Source: Candidatus Wolframiiraptor allenii (GTDB taxonomy: Archaea > Thermoproteota > Nitrososphaeria_A > Caldarchaeales > Wolframiiraptoraceae). From it: 24,000 nt of DNA. Of the stretch, positions 16,015 through 23,487 are shown one piece after another. A model generated the notes under the pieces. The model had not been told where the DNA came from and ran no database searches. It saw nothing but the letters and a program-made list of their open reading frames with translations. The translations under genes were made by a program, and so were the position numbers. How positions within the stretch are numbered: position 1 is the stretch's first letter; every line of letters starts with the position of its first letter. The DNA is taken from NCBI GenBank assembly GCA_023539495.1, contig JAKCEV010000016.1, positions 1,102-25,101 of the forward strand, given 5' to 3'.

Positions 16015-17060
16015 GCAGGCTGGACGCACCCGAGGCATACTCGCGTGAACCATTTCAGAGAGCATTCGAGATAGCAGCCGACTACGTCCATGATCTAAGA
16101 GAGGGCTTGGAGAATGGGCGGAGGATCAGCATAAGCGTGAGATCCATCGAGAGGCTGATCTTTCTCGGCATCGGCGGGTCGGGGATAATCTGCGACGCGG
16201 CCGCAAAGCTCCTCTCGGGAAGCGGTGTAAGGACAATTGTTCAAAGAAGCTATGGTCTGGGGAGCCTAGACTGGGATCTAGCAATAGCCGTGAGCCACTC
16301 TGGGAATACCGCCGAGACCGTGAAGCCCGTGATGAGGCTTATGGACGCGGGCATCCCCTGCATCTTCATCACGAGCGGCGGCGCCCTCATGAGGCTTGCT
16401 GAGAGGTATGGCGTGCCGGTGATCCCGGTTAGGGGCGATGTTCCGCCGAGATACGCGTTCCCAAGCATGCTCGGCGCCGCCCTAGGAGCGCTCGAGGCAC
16501 TAGGGCTCATTAGAATCAGCCTTGACTATAATGGGTTGGAGCATCACCTAGCCGGGCTACGAGAGCACGTACCCTTGGAGGAAAACCCAGCCAAGAGGCT
16601 CGCGGAGAGGATAACATCATCATATCCAGTGATCTATGCCTATAACGAGGTCCGAGAGGCTGGATACAGGCTGAAGTGCCAGCTAAACGAGAACGCGAAG
16701 ATGCACTGCTGCTACGCGGATTTCCCAGAGGCACTTCACAACGACCTCGAGGCGCTGCCCGACAACGCCCTCCTAATCATGCCTAGGAGCATGAGGGAGC
16801 CGCCGGAGATCTCGAGGACAATAGATGCCCTCAGCAGGCTCCTAGGCGAGGACATGATATTCTCGATAAGGGTTGATGCGCGGGATGAGGCAGAAGAGCT
16901 CCTAAAACTCTTCATCTTCATGGATTACGTCTCACTCTATGTCGCGGTTCTAAGAGGTGTTGACCCGCTCTCGGTCCCGCGAATGAGCCGCCTCAAGAGG
17001 CTGAACCCCGTCTACGGCGAGGTGATCGAGGAGGTGGAGAGGAGGGTTGCAGGCCGCTAA
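16011..17060 (+). CDS. Bifunctional phosphoglucose/phosphomannose isomerase (SIS-domain PGI/PMI family)
   Basis: SIS motifs are FLGIGGSGIICDAAAKLL and AVSHSGNTAETV. The C-terminal PGI/PMI domain signature is YPVIYAY....AGYRLKCQLNENAKMHCCYADFPEALHNDLEAL. The TTG start overlaps the upstream TGA (TTGA), suggesting an operon with the CinA-like gene. Confidence 0.75.
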   Translation: MSRLDAPEAYSREPFQRAFEIAADYVHDLREGLENGRRISISVRSIERLIFLGIGGSGIICDAAAKLLSGSGVRTIVQRSYGLGSLDWDLAIAVSHSGNTAETVKPVMRLMDAGIPCIFITSGGALMRLAERYGVPVIPVRGDVPPRYAFPSMLGAALGALEALGLIRISLDYNGLEHHLAGLREHVPLEENPAKRLAERITSSYPVIYAYNEVREAGYRLKCQLNENAKMHCCYADFPEALHNDLEALPDNALLIMPRSMREPPEISRTIDALSRLLGEDMIFSIRVDARDEAEELLKLFIFMDYVSLYVAVLRGVDPLSVPRMSRLKRLNPVYGEVIEEVERRVAGR

Positions 17061-17067
17061 GCTCATA

Positions 17068-17610
17068 ATGGAAAGGCTGAAGCTCGCCCTGATAATAATG
17101 GTGATCCTAATCATCCTGCTAATGGCCGGCGCATTCTTTCCCATGAGCGATGAGGAGGGGAAGATGATAGAGGAGAACATCGAGAGATTGGGCGAGGGTA
17201 ACCTCGAGCTTGGAATCTTCTCAAACAACATGCTCGTGGCCCTCCTTGGGATCATACCATTCGCCGGCCCACCGCTAGCAGGCTACATAGTATTCAATAC
17301 GGGAAGATTCCTCGGATGGGCCTCGATTCAAACGGGGATACCGGCAAACCTGATGATCGCCATGATGATACTCATCATACTCCTGACGGGCTATGGGGTC
17401 CTCGAGCTCCTAGGCTACGGCGTCGCGATCGCCGAATCAATCACGATGTCCCACATCATACTCCGCAGGAGATGGCTCCTGAGAGGGGAGCTGAAGATGC
17501 TCCTCATAGCAATCGCAATATCAGCCCTACTTCTCGCGATCGCGGCGGTTATAGAGGCCGCGCTGGTAAAAAGCCTCGGAGGCATAATGGAGTCCGCCGG
17601 GATAATCTAG
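17068..17610 (+). CDS. SpoIIM-like (COG1300/DUF95) integral membrane protein
   Basis: 180 aa from ATG 17068. It has 4-5 predicted TM helices and the motif IFSNNMLVALLGIIPFAGPPLAGYIVFNTGRFLG typical of the SpoIIM family. Confidence 0.6.
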   Translation: MERLKLALIIMVILIILLMAGAFFPMSDEEGKMIEENIERLGEGNLELGIFSNNMLVALLGIIPFAGPPLAGYIVFNTGRFLGWASIQTGIPANLMIAMMILIILLTGYGVLELLGYGVAIAESITMSHIILRRRWLLRGELKMLLIAIAISALLLAIAAVIEAALVKSLGGIMESAGII

Positions 17611-17621
17611 GGGGATATGTG

Positions 17622-17741
17622 CGCCGGGGGTGGGATTTGAACCCACGCGCCCCGCGAAGGGGCATCGGCTAGCCCGTCATCCGACCAGCCCCTCACATGG
17701 GATCTCGAGGCCGACCCACTACCTGGCTATGGGACCCCGGC
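17622..17741 (-). tRNA. tRNA-Ser (anticodon CGA) with a 33-nt intron at the canonical 37/38 position
   Basis: Hand-folded. Acceptor GCCGGGG/CCCCGGC, discriminator G73. D arm CCA-TAGCCAGGTAG-TGG. Anticodon stem TCGGC/GCCGA, loop CTCGAG^A. The intron occupies plus-strand coordinates 17671-17703. Long 18-nt variable arm (TGCCCCTTCGCGGGGCGC). T arm GTGGG-TTCAAAT-CCCAC. CCA is not encoded. TATA-like ATTTATGG lies about 20-27 nt upstream. Confidence 0.85.
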
Positions 17742-17834
17742 TCCCAGAAATCAAGCTCCATAAATCACTATTTGGCACTTTCCTCGAAAACATGATGGGA
17801 TAAATGCCGGGAGGGGATACCCTATCCAGCCCTT

Positions 17835-18095
17835 CTACTCCTTCTTCGCCTCAACCTCCTTAAGCTCTTTCTCAAGCTCCTTCTCGATCTCCTCAATAGG
17901 CTTGGGCGGCGGCGTTGTCGCGAGCGTGTACCCTATCCACGCGAGTATCCCCAGGACACCGGCAACCGCGATGAAGCCCGTTATCTTGAGAAGTATTATG
18001 TCCCATGCCGTGAAGAACATTATCCAGCCGTAGATGATTATCCCGGCGATGGCGCAGAGCATTATCGCCGCCCCTATCAACTGATCCCGGCTCAC
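17835..18095 (-). CDS. Small two-TM membrane protein with an acidic/lysine-rich coiled C-terminal tail
   Basis: 86 aa. GTG start preceded by GAGGTGA (SD-like) at a spacing of about 7 nt. Two hydrophobic helices are followed by PPPKPIEEIEKELEKELKEVEAKKE. No family was recognised. Confidence 0.5.
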   Translation of the reverse strand: MSRDQLIGAAIMLCAIAGIIIYGWIMFFTAWDIILLKITGFIAVAGVLGILAWIGYTLATTPPPKPIEEIEKELEKELKEVEAKKE

Positions 18096-18172
18096 CCATA
18101 AATCACCTCATCTTCTCGAGCACTGGACAGCTATATCCTTTTTGCGCCCCTAGGCCTGCTATGCGAATCATG

Positions 18173-18183
18173 CTTTATTTAGG
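18173..18183 (+). promoter_or_regulatory. Candidate TATA box (CTTTATTTAGG) for the THUMP-SPOUT gene
   Basis: It lies 28-38 nt upstream of the TTG start at 18211, which implies a leaderless mRNA initiating at or near a TTG codon. Confidence 0.4.
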
Positions 18184-18210
18184 CTCGTGATATGATCTCC
18201 TCTTCGGGGA

Positions 18211-19260
18211 TTGAGGCTTATAGTGAAGACACCACTAGACTTGGAGGATATCGTGGCCACGAGGATAGTGGAGCTTGACCCAGTCGCGGAGGTTAGGGCG
18301 CGCCCAGGTGGGTTGAAGGGTCTCGTGATAGTCGAGTCCTGCCATGATGCCGAGATGCTCAAGGAGCTGATATTGAGGGAGATTCCGGAGGCGGAGTCGG
18401 TGATCAGGGTTGACGCGGTGGTCGAGGCAGATCTTGACAGGATCGTTGAGGCTGTAGTCAACCTCGCGAGGGACGTGATTAGGGAGGATGATAGCTTCGC
18501 GGTTAGAACCGTGAGAAGGGGCAAGCATGATTTCACAAGCCTCGACGTGAATGTAAGGGTTGGGGCGGCTGTACAGGCGGAGACCGGGGCGAGGGTTGAC
18601 CTCGAGAACCCGGACGTGGTGATCTACGTTGAGATAGTCCTCGAGAGGGCTGGTATAAGCATCGTGAGGGGCGAGCGCGAGTGGAGGAAGATGACGCCGG
18701 AGAAGAGGCCGAGCTTCAGGATATTCAACAGGATCTCGATCGTCCAGATGCCGTATCTGGGCTCGGTCGAGGGCGCGAGGGAGATCGGCAGGAGGATAGG
18801 GCGGGCGGTCCAGTCATATGAGGTTGGGGAGCTGATTATCGCGCCGAATAAGCCGGTCGACGCGTTCGAGCTAGAGGCATTCATAGCCGGGGTGAGAGAG
18901 GGGGTTGAGAGCAGATACGCGATCCAGAAGAAGACGTATGCGCGGAGCGTCGAGAAGGTCCGCGTCCTGGTTCAAGATCTATACCAGCTCGTGAGGGAGA
19001 GGAGGGAGGAGCCCATGATAGTCCTCGAGCCCGAGGGCCTCCAGATAAGGGATGCCCTACCAAAGCTGAGGGAGCTATTCTCGAGAGGCGGCCGGGTAAA
19101 CCTCCTCATAGGGTCGAGGGAGGGAATACCAAAGGGGGTCTACAGGATCGCGAGCCTGGTCCTCGACTTGGCGCCCGGGATAACATTATCCACGGAGCTC
19201 GCCGCGCCCTCAACGCTCGCAACAATCTACACGGCCCTCAACATTGCAGGAGACGCCTAG
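18211..19260 (+). CDS. THUMP-domain RNA-binding protein fused to a C-terminal SPOUT-like methyltransferase domain (predicted tRNA/rRNA modification enzyme)
   Basis: The N-terminal half has a THUMP-like layout (LIVKT..LEDIVATRI....RARPGGLKGLVIVE.....FAVRTVRRGKHDFTSLDVNVRVGAAV.......VDLENPDVVIYVEIV.ERAGISIV). The C-terminal half has a SPOUT-like knot region (RVNLLIGSREGIPKGVYRIASLVLDLAPGITLSTELAAPSTLATIYTALN). The start is TTG 18211 (alternative GTG 18223). Confidence 0.65.
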   Translation: MRLIVKTPLDLEDIVATRIVELDPVAEVRARPGGLKGLVIVESCHDAEMLKELILREIPEAESVIRVDAVVEADLDRIVEAVVNLARDVIREDDSFAVRTVRRGKHDFTSLDVNVRVGAAVQAETGARVDLENPDVVIYVEIVLERAGISIVRGEREWRKMTPEKRPSFRIFNRISIVQMPYLGSVEGAREIGRRIGRAVQSYEVGELIIAPNKPVDAFELEAFIAGVREGVESRYAIQKKTYARSVEKVRVLVQDLYQLVRERREEPMIVLEPEGLQIRDALPKLRELFSRGGRVNLLIGSREGIPKGVYRIASLVLDLAPGITLSTELAAPSTLATIYTALNIAGDA

Positions 19261-19311
19261 GAAAATGAGAATGAACTTATACGCCAAAATAATCATCTGC
19301 TCGCAGCGGCC

Positions 19312-20430
19312 ATGAACACGCTGCCGAGCCTGATCTCCCTAGCTGAGGACGCCTTAGCCGATGAGGCCCTCGCCATAGAAATATACTCCACGGCCGCTAG
19401 GATGAGCCGGGACGAGAACACCCGGAGGAAGCTCCTAGAAATAGCCGAGATGGAGCGAAGACATCTAAACTTCTGGAGAAGCTTCCTAGAGAAGCGGGGA
19501 GCAGGATATAGAATACGGGTAAGCCCCCTCAAGGTGAGGCTCCACACCATCCTAATCAGGATTCTAGGCCTTGCGCTGGCCTTCAAGGTCATGGAGAGCG
19601 GTGAGCGTGACGCGATCAAGATGTATGCCATGATGCTCGAGCACTCGGATATGGCCGGGGATGAGAGGGAGAAACTGAAGGAGATATTTGTCGAGGAGTT
19701 GCTGCATGAACATGAGCTTTCAGAGGAGGAGTCGCGATTCACTGAGTTCCTAAGCCACGTAAGGGACATGGTCCTTGGGATGAATGACGGCCTAGTAGAG
19801 ATACTCTCGGTCACAGCAGGTCTCGCGGGAGCATATGGAGACCCATTCACGGTGGGCTTAAGCGGGCTGGTCGTCGCGATAGCCGGCTCCCTCTCCATGG
19901 GGATAGGGGCATACGCCGCCGCAAAATCCCAGAAGCAAGTCCATGAGGGGGTCTTGGGGAGGGTTAGGCTGGCGGCCAGATACACGTCCCAACTCTTCAT
20001 GAAGAGGATAAGATCCTTGATGATCAAGAAGGGGTATCGTGAGGAGACTGCTGACCTCATAGCAGGAGAGGTGGCCCGAGACCCGAGCCTGCTGGCGAGG
20101 ACGATAGCGGAGGAGGAGCATGGGCTGAGGGAGGAGGCGATAGAGAAGCCGGCCTCCGCCGGGCTATACACGGGCATAGCATACTTCATTAGCTCGCTTA
20201 TACCAGTAACACCCTACATGCTAGGCCTTCCGATACTAGCATCCCTGCTACTCTCGATAGTGGCGGCTGGAGCCGCCCTCGCAATAATAGGATTCATAAT
20301 CGCCATCTCAGCGAACCTGCCAATCAAGAGAAAGATCCTCGAGATGATGTTGGCGGGATTCGGGTCGGCAGCCGCGACATACGCCCTAGGAAGAATATTC
20401 TCCGCGGTATTTGGGATAAGCGTTGAGTAA
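19312..20430 (+). CDS. MbfA-like erythrin (ferritin-like) / VIT1-CCC1 fusion, a predicted membrane iron/manganese exporter
   Basis: The N-terminal ferritin-like domain has two E..H motifs (IAEMERRHLNFW; VEELLHEHEL). The VIT1 signature is VRDMVLGMNDGLVEILSVTAGLAGA. C-terminal TM helices are present. The long antisense ORF 19293-20189 is a low-complexity shadow ORF. Confidence 0.8.
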   Translation: MNTLPSLISLAEDALADEALAIEIYSTAARMSRDENTRRKLLEIAEMERRHLNFWRSFLEKRGAGYRIRVSPLKVRLHTILIRILGLALAFKVMESGERDAIKMYAMMLEHSDMAGDEREKLKEIFVEELLHEHELSEEESRFTEFLSHVRDMVLGMNDGLVEILSVTAGLAGAYGDPFTVGLSGLVVAIAGSLSMGIGAYAAAKSQKQVHEGVLGRVRLAARYTSQLFMKRIRSLMIKKGYREETADLIAGEVARDPSLLARTIAEEEHGLREEAIEKPASAGLYTGIAYFISSLIPVTPYMLGLPILASLLLSIVAAGAALAIIGFIIAISANLPIKRKILEMMLAGFGSAAATYALGRIFSAVFGISVE

Positions 20431-20522
20431 GGCTTTGAGTGATTGGATCAGGGCGCCAACCTCCTAGGCGGGGCAAAGCTTATTCATCAGATGATTATAT
20501 CGTGTTCTTGAGGGGGAGGCAA

Positions 20523-20756
20523 ATGCCAGTATATGCTTACGTCTTGTTGAGGTGTTCGAGGGCTAGGCTCCACGACGTCTTGGATCAGGTGAGGCGGATG
20601 GAGGGTGTCAAGTCGGCATCGCCGATAACGGGTAGATTCGATGCCGTCGTCGAGGCTGAGGCCGAGGATCTCAGAAAGCTGGCCGAGCTCGTGGTCGGGA
20701 GGATACAGGCAATAGAGGGCGTCGAGAGGACGGAGACACTAGTTGCGGTGGGGTGA
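20523..20756 (+). CDS. Stand-alone Lrp/AsnC ligand-binding (RAM) domain protein, paralog 1
   Basis: 77 aa from ATG 20523, preceded by GAGGGGGAGG. The beta-alpha-beta-beta-alpha-beta pattern AYVLL......L..V...V..MEGV.SA..ITG.FD.VV.AEAEDL..L...V..RIQ.IEGV..TETLV is typical of the AsnC_trans_reg domain. No HTH is present. Confidence 0.75.
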   Translation: MPVYAYVLLRCSRARLHDVLDQVRRMEGVKSASPITGRFDAVVEAEAEDLRKLAELVVGRIQAIEGVERTETLVAVG

Positions 20757-20764
20757 GGAAGGGG

Positions 20765-20998
20765 ATGCCGGCCCGGGCATATGTCTTCATAAGGGCCTTG
20801 AAGGGAAACGCGGCAGCGGTCGCGAAAGGCCTCACGCGCATAAAGAATGTCAAGTCCGCGAGGATCGTGAGCGGCAGATATGACGTCGTCGCACTAGTCG
20901 AGGCGGAGACAATAGAGGAGCTGGGAAACATAGTCCTTAAGAGGATACAGAGAGTACGGGGAGTCCAATCCACCGAGACGGCATTCATCACCGAATAG
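20765..20998 (+). CDS. Stand-alone Lrp/AsnC ligand-binding (RAM) domain protein, paralog 2
   Basis: 77 aa from ATG 20765 (alternative GTG 20753 overlapping the upstream stop). An ungapped alignment with paralog 1 gives 29/77 identical residues by hand count (MP..AYV..R...VKSA...GR.D.V..EAE..L..V..RIQ..GV..TET). Confidence 0.75.
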   Translation: MPARAYVFIRALKGNAAAVAKGLTRIKNVKSARIVSGRYDVVALVEAETIEELGNIVLKRIQRVRGVQSTETAFITE

Positions 20999-21017
20999 CC
21001 GGCACATCAAAACCCTC

Positions 21018-21028
21018 CATTTTTTCTG
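21018..21028 (+). terminator. Oligo-T tract (CCATTTTTTCT) after the RAM-domain gene pair
   Basis: The T6 tract at 21020-21025 lies 22 nt after the stop codon at 20996-20998. Confidence 0.45.
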
Positions 21029-21040
21029 TAGCAATTCGTT

Positions 21041-22078
21041 ATGCTGGCTGGGCAAGTTTTCCTAGGAGAAGTATATATAACTGGAGCGACCAATCTACCG
21101 GTAGGGTTGTCAATCGAGCACCAGAGGCTTAGGCTTATTGATGCTCACTTCTTCTCGTCCCTCTATGATGCTCTACGTAGGGGTGAACCTGTAGAGTTTA
21201 GGCCTAGGATCAGGCAGGGCATGGGGATAGTCTATGAGTTATTCGGCATAGAGGTCCCAGAGGAGAAAATGAGGACCTATTATGAGAGAGGCTTATTAGA
21301 AGCTACTGGAGAGATCTCGTTCCCATCATGCGCAGTATGCGGGACGGTCTGCCTCCACGTAGTCCTCAAATGTCCCGAATGTAATTCTAGGAATATCGAG
21401 AAAAGGGAGCTCATGATTCATTATGACTGTGGATACACCGGGGGGCTTGAGGATTTTCAGACGAGCAGCCCGGGAGTATACCGATGCCCGAAATGCGGCA
21501 AGGAGATGAAGAGGGTTGGCATAGATTATGGGAGGCCTGGGCTCGGATTCACGTGCATGGATTGTAAGGCCGTCTTCCAGGTGCCACTCGTGGAGATCGA
21601 GTGTGAGAAAGGACACGTGAACAGGATTCAGCAGCTCGATCTCAGGAAATACCCGGTATACCGATTATCGGAGGATGCTAGGCGGATCTCAGAGGTCTTA
21701 AGTGTCATAGAGGAGATAGCGCGGAGGCTGGAGGCCTTGGGACTTGACGTCGCAATGTTCACGCGGATAACCGGGTCAAGTGGCGTGATCTACAACGTGC
21801 CACTATATGTTAGAGGAGATCCATCCATCGTGATTGAGATCACGCCGGAGAGGATCGCTGACGAGACCTACCCCATATTGATGACGCTGAAGGCAGCGGA
21901 CATCCCTAACTCCATAATGGTTATAATATTGCCATCAAGCTTTAAGCCGGAGCTCGAAAAGATATTCAACCCGGAGAAGATAAGGATAATCAAAGTGGAC
22001 GATATCTCGAGCTCAGCGAGCAGGATAGCTGATGAGATTGCCAGGATAATTGGTGCCATAAGCTATGAGGAGGGTTAA
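21041..22078 (+). CDS. Zinc-ribbon-rich protein of unknown function (four CxxC pairs; possibly TackOD1-like metal-binding domain) with a C-terminal alpha/beta domain
   Basis: The four pairs are CAVCG..(10)..CPECN, then HYDCGY, CPKCGKEMKRVGIDYGRPGLGFTCMDCK, forming two predicted 4-Cys ribbons. The C-terminal 130 aa (ITGSSGVIYNVPLYVRGDPSIVIEITPE...) are unassigned. The true start may be TTG 21107. The 3' end overlaps the GT2 gene start by 14 nt. Confidence 0.6.
   Translation: MLAGQVFLGEVYITGATNLPVGLSIEHQRLRLIDAHFFSSLYDALRRGEPVEFRPRIRQGMGIVYELFGIEVPEEKMRTYYERGLLEATGEISFPSCAVCGTVCLHVVLKCPECNSRNIEKRELMIHYDCGYTGGLEDFQTSSPGVYRCPKCGKEMKRVGIDYGRPGLGFTCMDCKAVFQVPLVEIECEKGHVNRIQQLDLRKYPVYRLSEDARRISEVLSVIEEIARRLEALGLDVAMFTRITGSSGVIYNVPLYVRGDPSIVIEITPERIADETYPILMTLKAADIPNSIMVIILPSSFKPELEKIFNPEKIRIIKVDDISSSASRIADEIARIIGAISYEEG
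21071..21080 (+). promoter_or_regulatory. Strong TATA box (GTATATATAA) lying inside the 5' end of the annotated 21041 ORF
   Basis: It is the best TATA match in this intergenic neighbourhood. An in-frame TTG at 21107 lies 27 nt downstream of its end, consistent with a leaderless mRNA and a start 22 codons shorter. Confidence 0.5.
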
Positions 22079-23408
22079 GTCGGCGATTTTCATAGCATCC
22101 CTCGCCGCGATAATACTCTTGCTAATCATTTACCCGAGGCAGGTGCTCCTATTCATAGCATACGGCCTGACAATAATCTACATTTTCTGGGGTATCTACC
22201 ACATGATCATACTTGCGGCCGGCGTGAAGAAGCCTGTAAACCCGGGCACGAGGCCTAGAACGTATCCGAGGATCTCCCTGATAATCCCGGCTAGAGATGA
22301 ACCAATACTCCCAAGAACGATCGAAGTATGCCTAAACAGCGTAGAATATCCATTAGACAGGAAGGAGATAATAGTTGTAACTGAGGATCCGATTGGTGAG
22401 AGAGTTGCGACTTGGTATGCCCAGCTTTATCCGGGGAGGGTGCTGCCGCTAATCAGGAGGGAATATTTCCCTACGAAGCCGAGCGCGCTAAACGACTCGC
22501 TAGCACTCTGTAGGGGAGACGTGATAGGTATAGTTGACGTCGAGGATGTACCTGACGCTGACACATTCCTAAAAGTCGCATCAGCAATTGAGGATCACGG
22601 CATGGATTCCGTCCAGGCAATACTCAGGATAAGCAATGAGGCTGATAACTGGATAACGAGAATATTCTCCATGGAGTATGCCGGGTGGTTCAGGGTCATG
22701 TTGAATGGCAGGTCGAGGCTGGGTTTCTTCACCCCGCTCGGCGGCACGGGGAACTACATAAAAAGATCGGCAATAAGCGAGGTGGGCAGATGGGATCCAT
22801 TAAATCTTGCCGAGGACGCCGAGATCACGGTCAGATTCTACTTATCCGGGAGAAGGGTGTTCGTCATAGATGCGAGGCACTGGGAGGAAGCCCCAACAAC
22901 ATTCAAGGCTTGGCTAAGGCAGAGAACGAGATGGTTTAGAGGATGGACTCAAAGTCTCGAGAAATACGCTAGGATACTCTTGAGGCCGCCCGTGATAAGG
23001 AGGCTCGGCCTTTTCAGATCCCTATCAATAATCTCGATGCTCATAGCGCCCATAATAGTTGTCTTAAACTGGGTGGCATATTCGCTCACTATATACTGGC
23101 TCCTAGAATATCTCGGGATAATCCCGCTCAACCTAACCGCGAACCTGTTCCCATGGTGGGCGATACTCCCTCTAGCATTCAACGCAATCTACTACTATAC
23201 TTGGATAAAGGGGGCCATGCTCGAGGGAATGGGAACAGCGAAGACCCTTGTCAAATACCTGCCGCACATGATATTCTACATGAACTTCATGATGCCCCTC
23301 GCGGCGATAAGAGCATTCTACCAAGAAATATTCAGGGACGTATACTGGGAAAAGACTAAGCACGTCGGGAGAGGGGTCAGATGGGCGGCGGTGGAGAAAC
23401 CAAGATAA
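22065..23408 (+). CDS. Membrane-integrated processive family-2 glycosyltransferase (cellulose/chitin/hyaluronan/PNAG-synthase-like polysaccharide synthase)
   Basis: Two N-terminal TM helices. Cytoplasmic GT-A domain with the D, DxD, D, Q(R/Q)xRW series: IIPARDE, IVDVEDVPDAD, LAEDAEIT, QRTRWFRGW. Four or more C-terminal TM helices could form a translocation channel. Confidence 0.85.
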   Translation: MRRVKSAIFIASLAAIILLLIIYPRQVLLFIAYGLTIIYIFWGIYHMIILAAGVKKPVNPGTRPRTYPRISLIIPARDEPILPRTIEVCLNSVEYPLDRKEIIVVTEDPIGERVATWYAQLYPGRVLPLIRREYFPTKPSALNDSLALCRGDVIGIVDVEDVPDADTFLKVASAIEDHGMDSVQAILRISNEADNWITRIFSMEYAGWFRVMLNGRSRLGFFTPLGGTGNYIKRSAISEVGRWDPLNLAEDAEITVRFYLSGRRVFVIDARHWEEAPTTFKAWLRQRTRWFRGWTQSLEKYARILLRPPVIRRLGLFRSLSIISMLIAPIIVVLNWVAYSLTIYWLLEYLGIIPLNLTANLFPWWAILPLAFNAIYYYTWIKGAMLEGMGTAKTLVKYLPHMIFYMNFMMPLAAIRAFYQEIFRDVYWEKTKHVGRGVRWAAVEKPR

Positions 23409-23448
23409 CCAACATACCAGGCCTCCCCAAGCACGATCACTCCACATA

Positions 23449-23458
23449 ACTATATATT
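23449..23458 (+). promoter_or_regulatory. TATA box (ACTATATATT) for tRNA-Lys
   Basis: It is centred about 34 nt upstream of the tRNA 5' end at 23488. Confidence 0.5.
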
Positions 23459-23487
23459 CCTCTCGGGGAATGCAGAGCTACAGGGTT

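Noticed and set aside
17620-17621. Genomically encoded CCA end for tRNA-Ser (CA follows discriminator G)
   Set aside because: Only CA is present, not CCA. It is coincidental, and CCA is presumably added post-transcriptionally.
17671-17703. C/D-box sRNA embedded in the tRNA-Ser intron
   Set aside because: The intron contains GGATGAC but no proper RUGAUGA/CUGA pair.
19293-20189. 298-aa minus-strand ORF opposite the erythrin-VIT1 gene
   Set aside because: It is a Ser/Ala/Pro-rich low-complexity translation. The plus-strand frame carries clear ferritin-like E..H and VIT1 motifs.
21700-22078. PD-(D/E)xK nuclease motif in the C-terminal domain of the zinc-ribbon protein (GDPSIVIEITPE)
   Set aside because: The spacing is suggestive, but the lysine of the (D/E)xK triad is absent (E-I-T) and no supporting motifs occur. 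The evidence is insufficient for a nuclease call.
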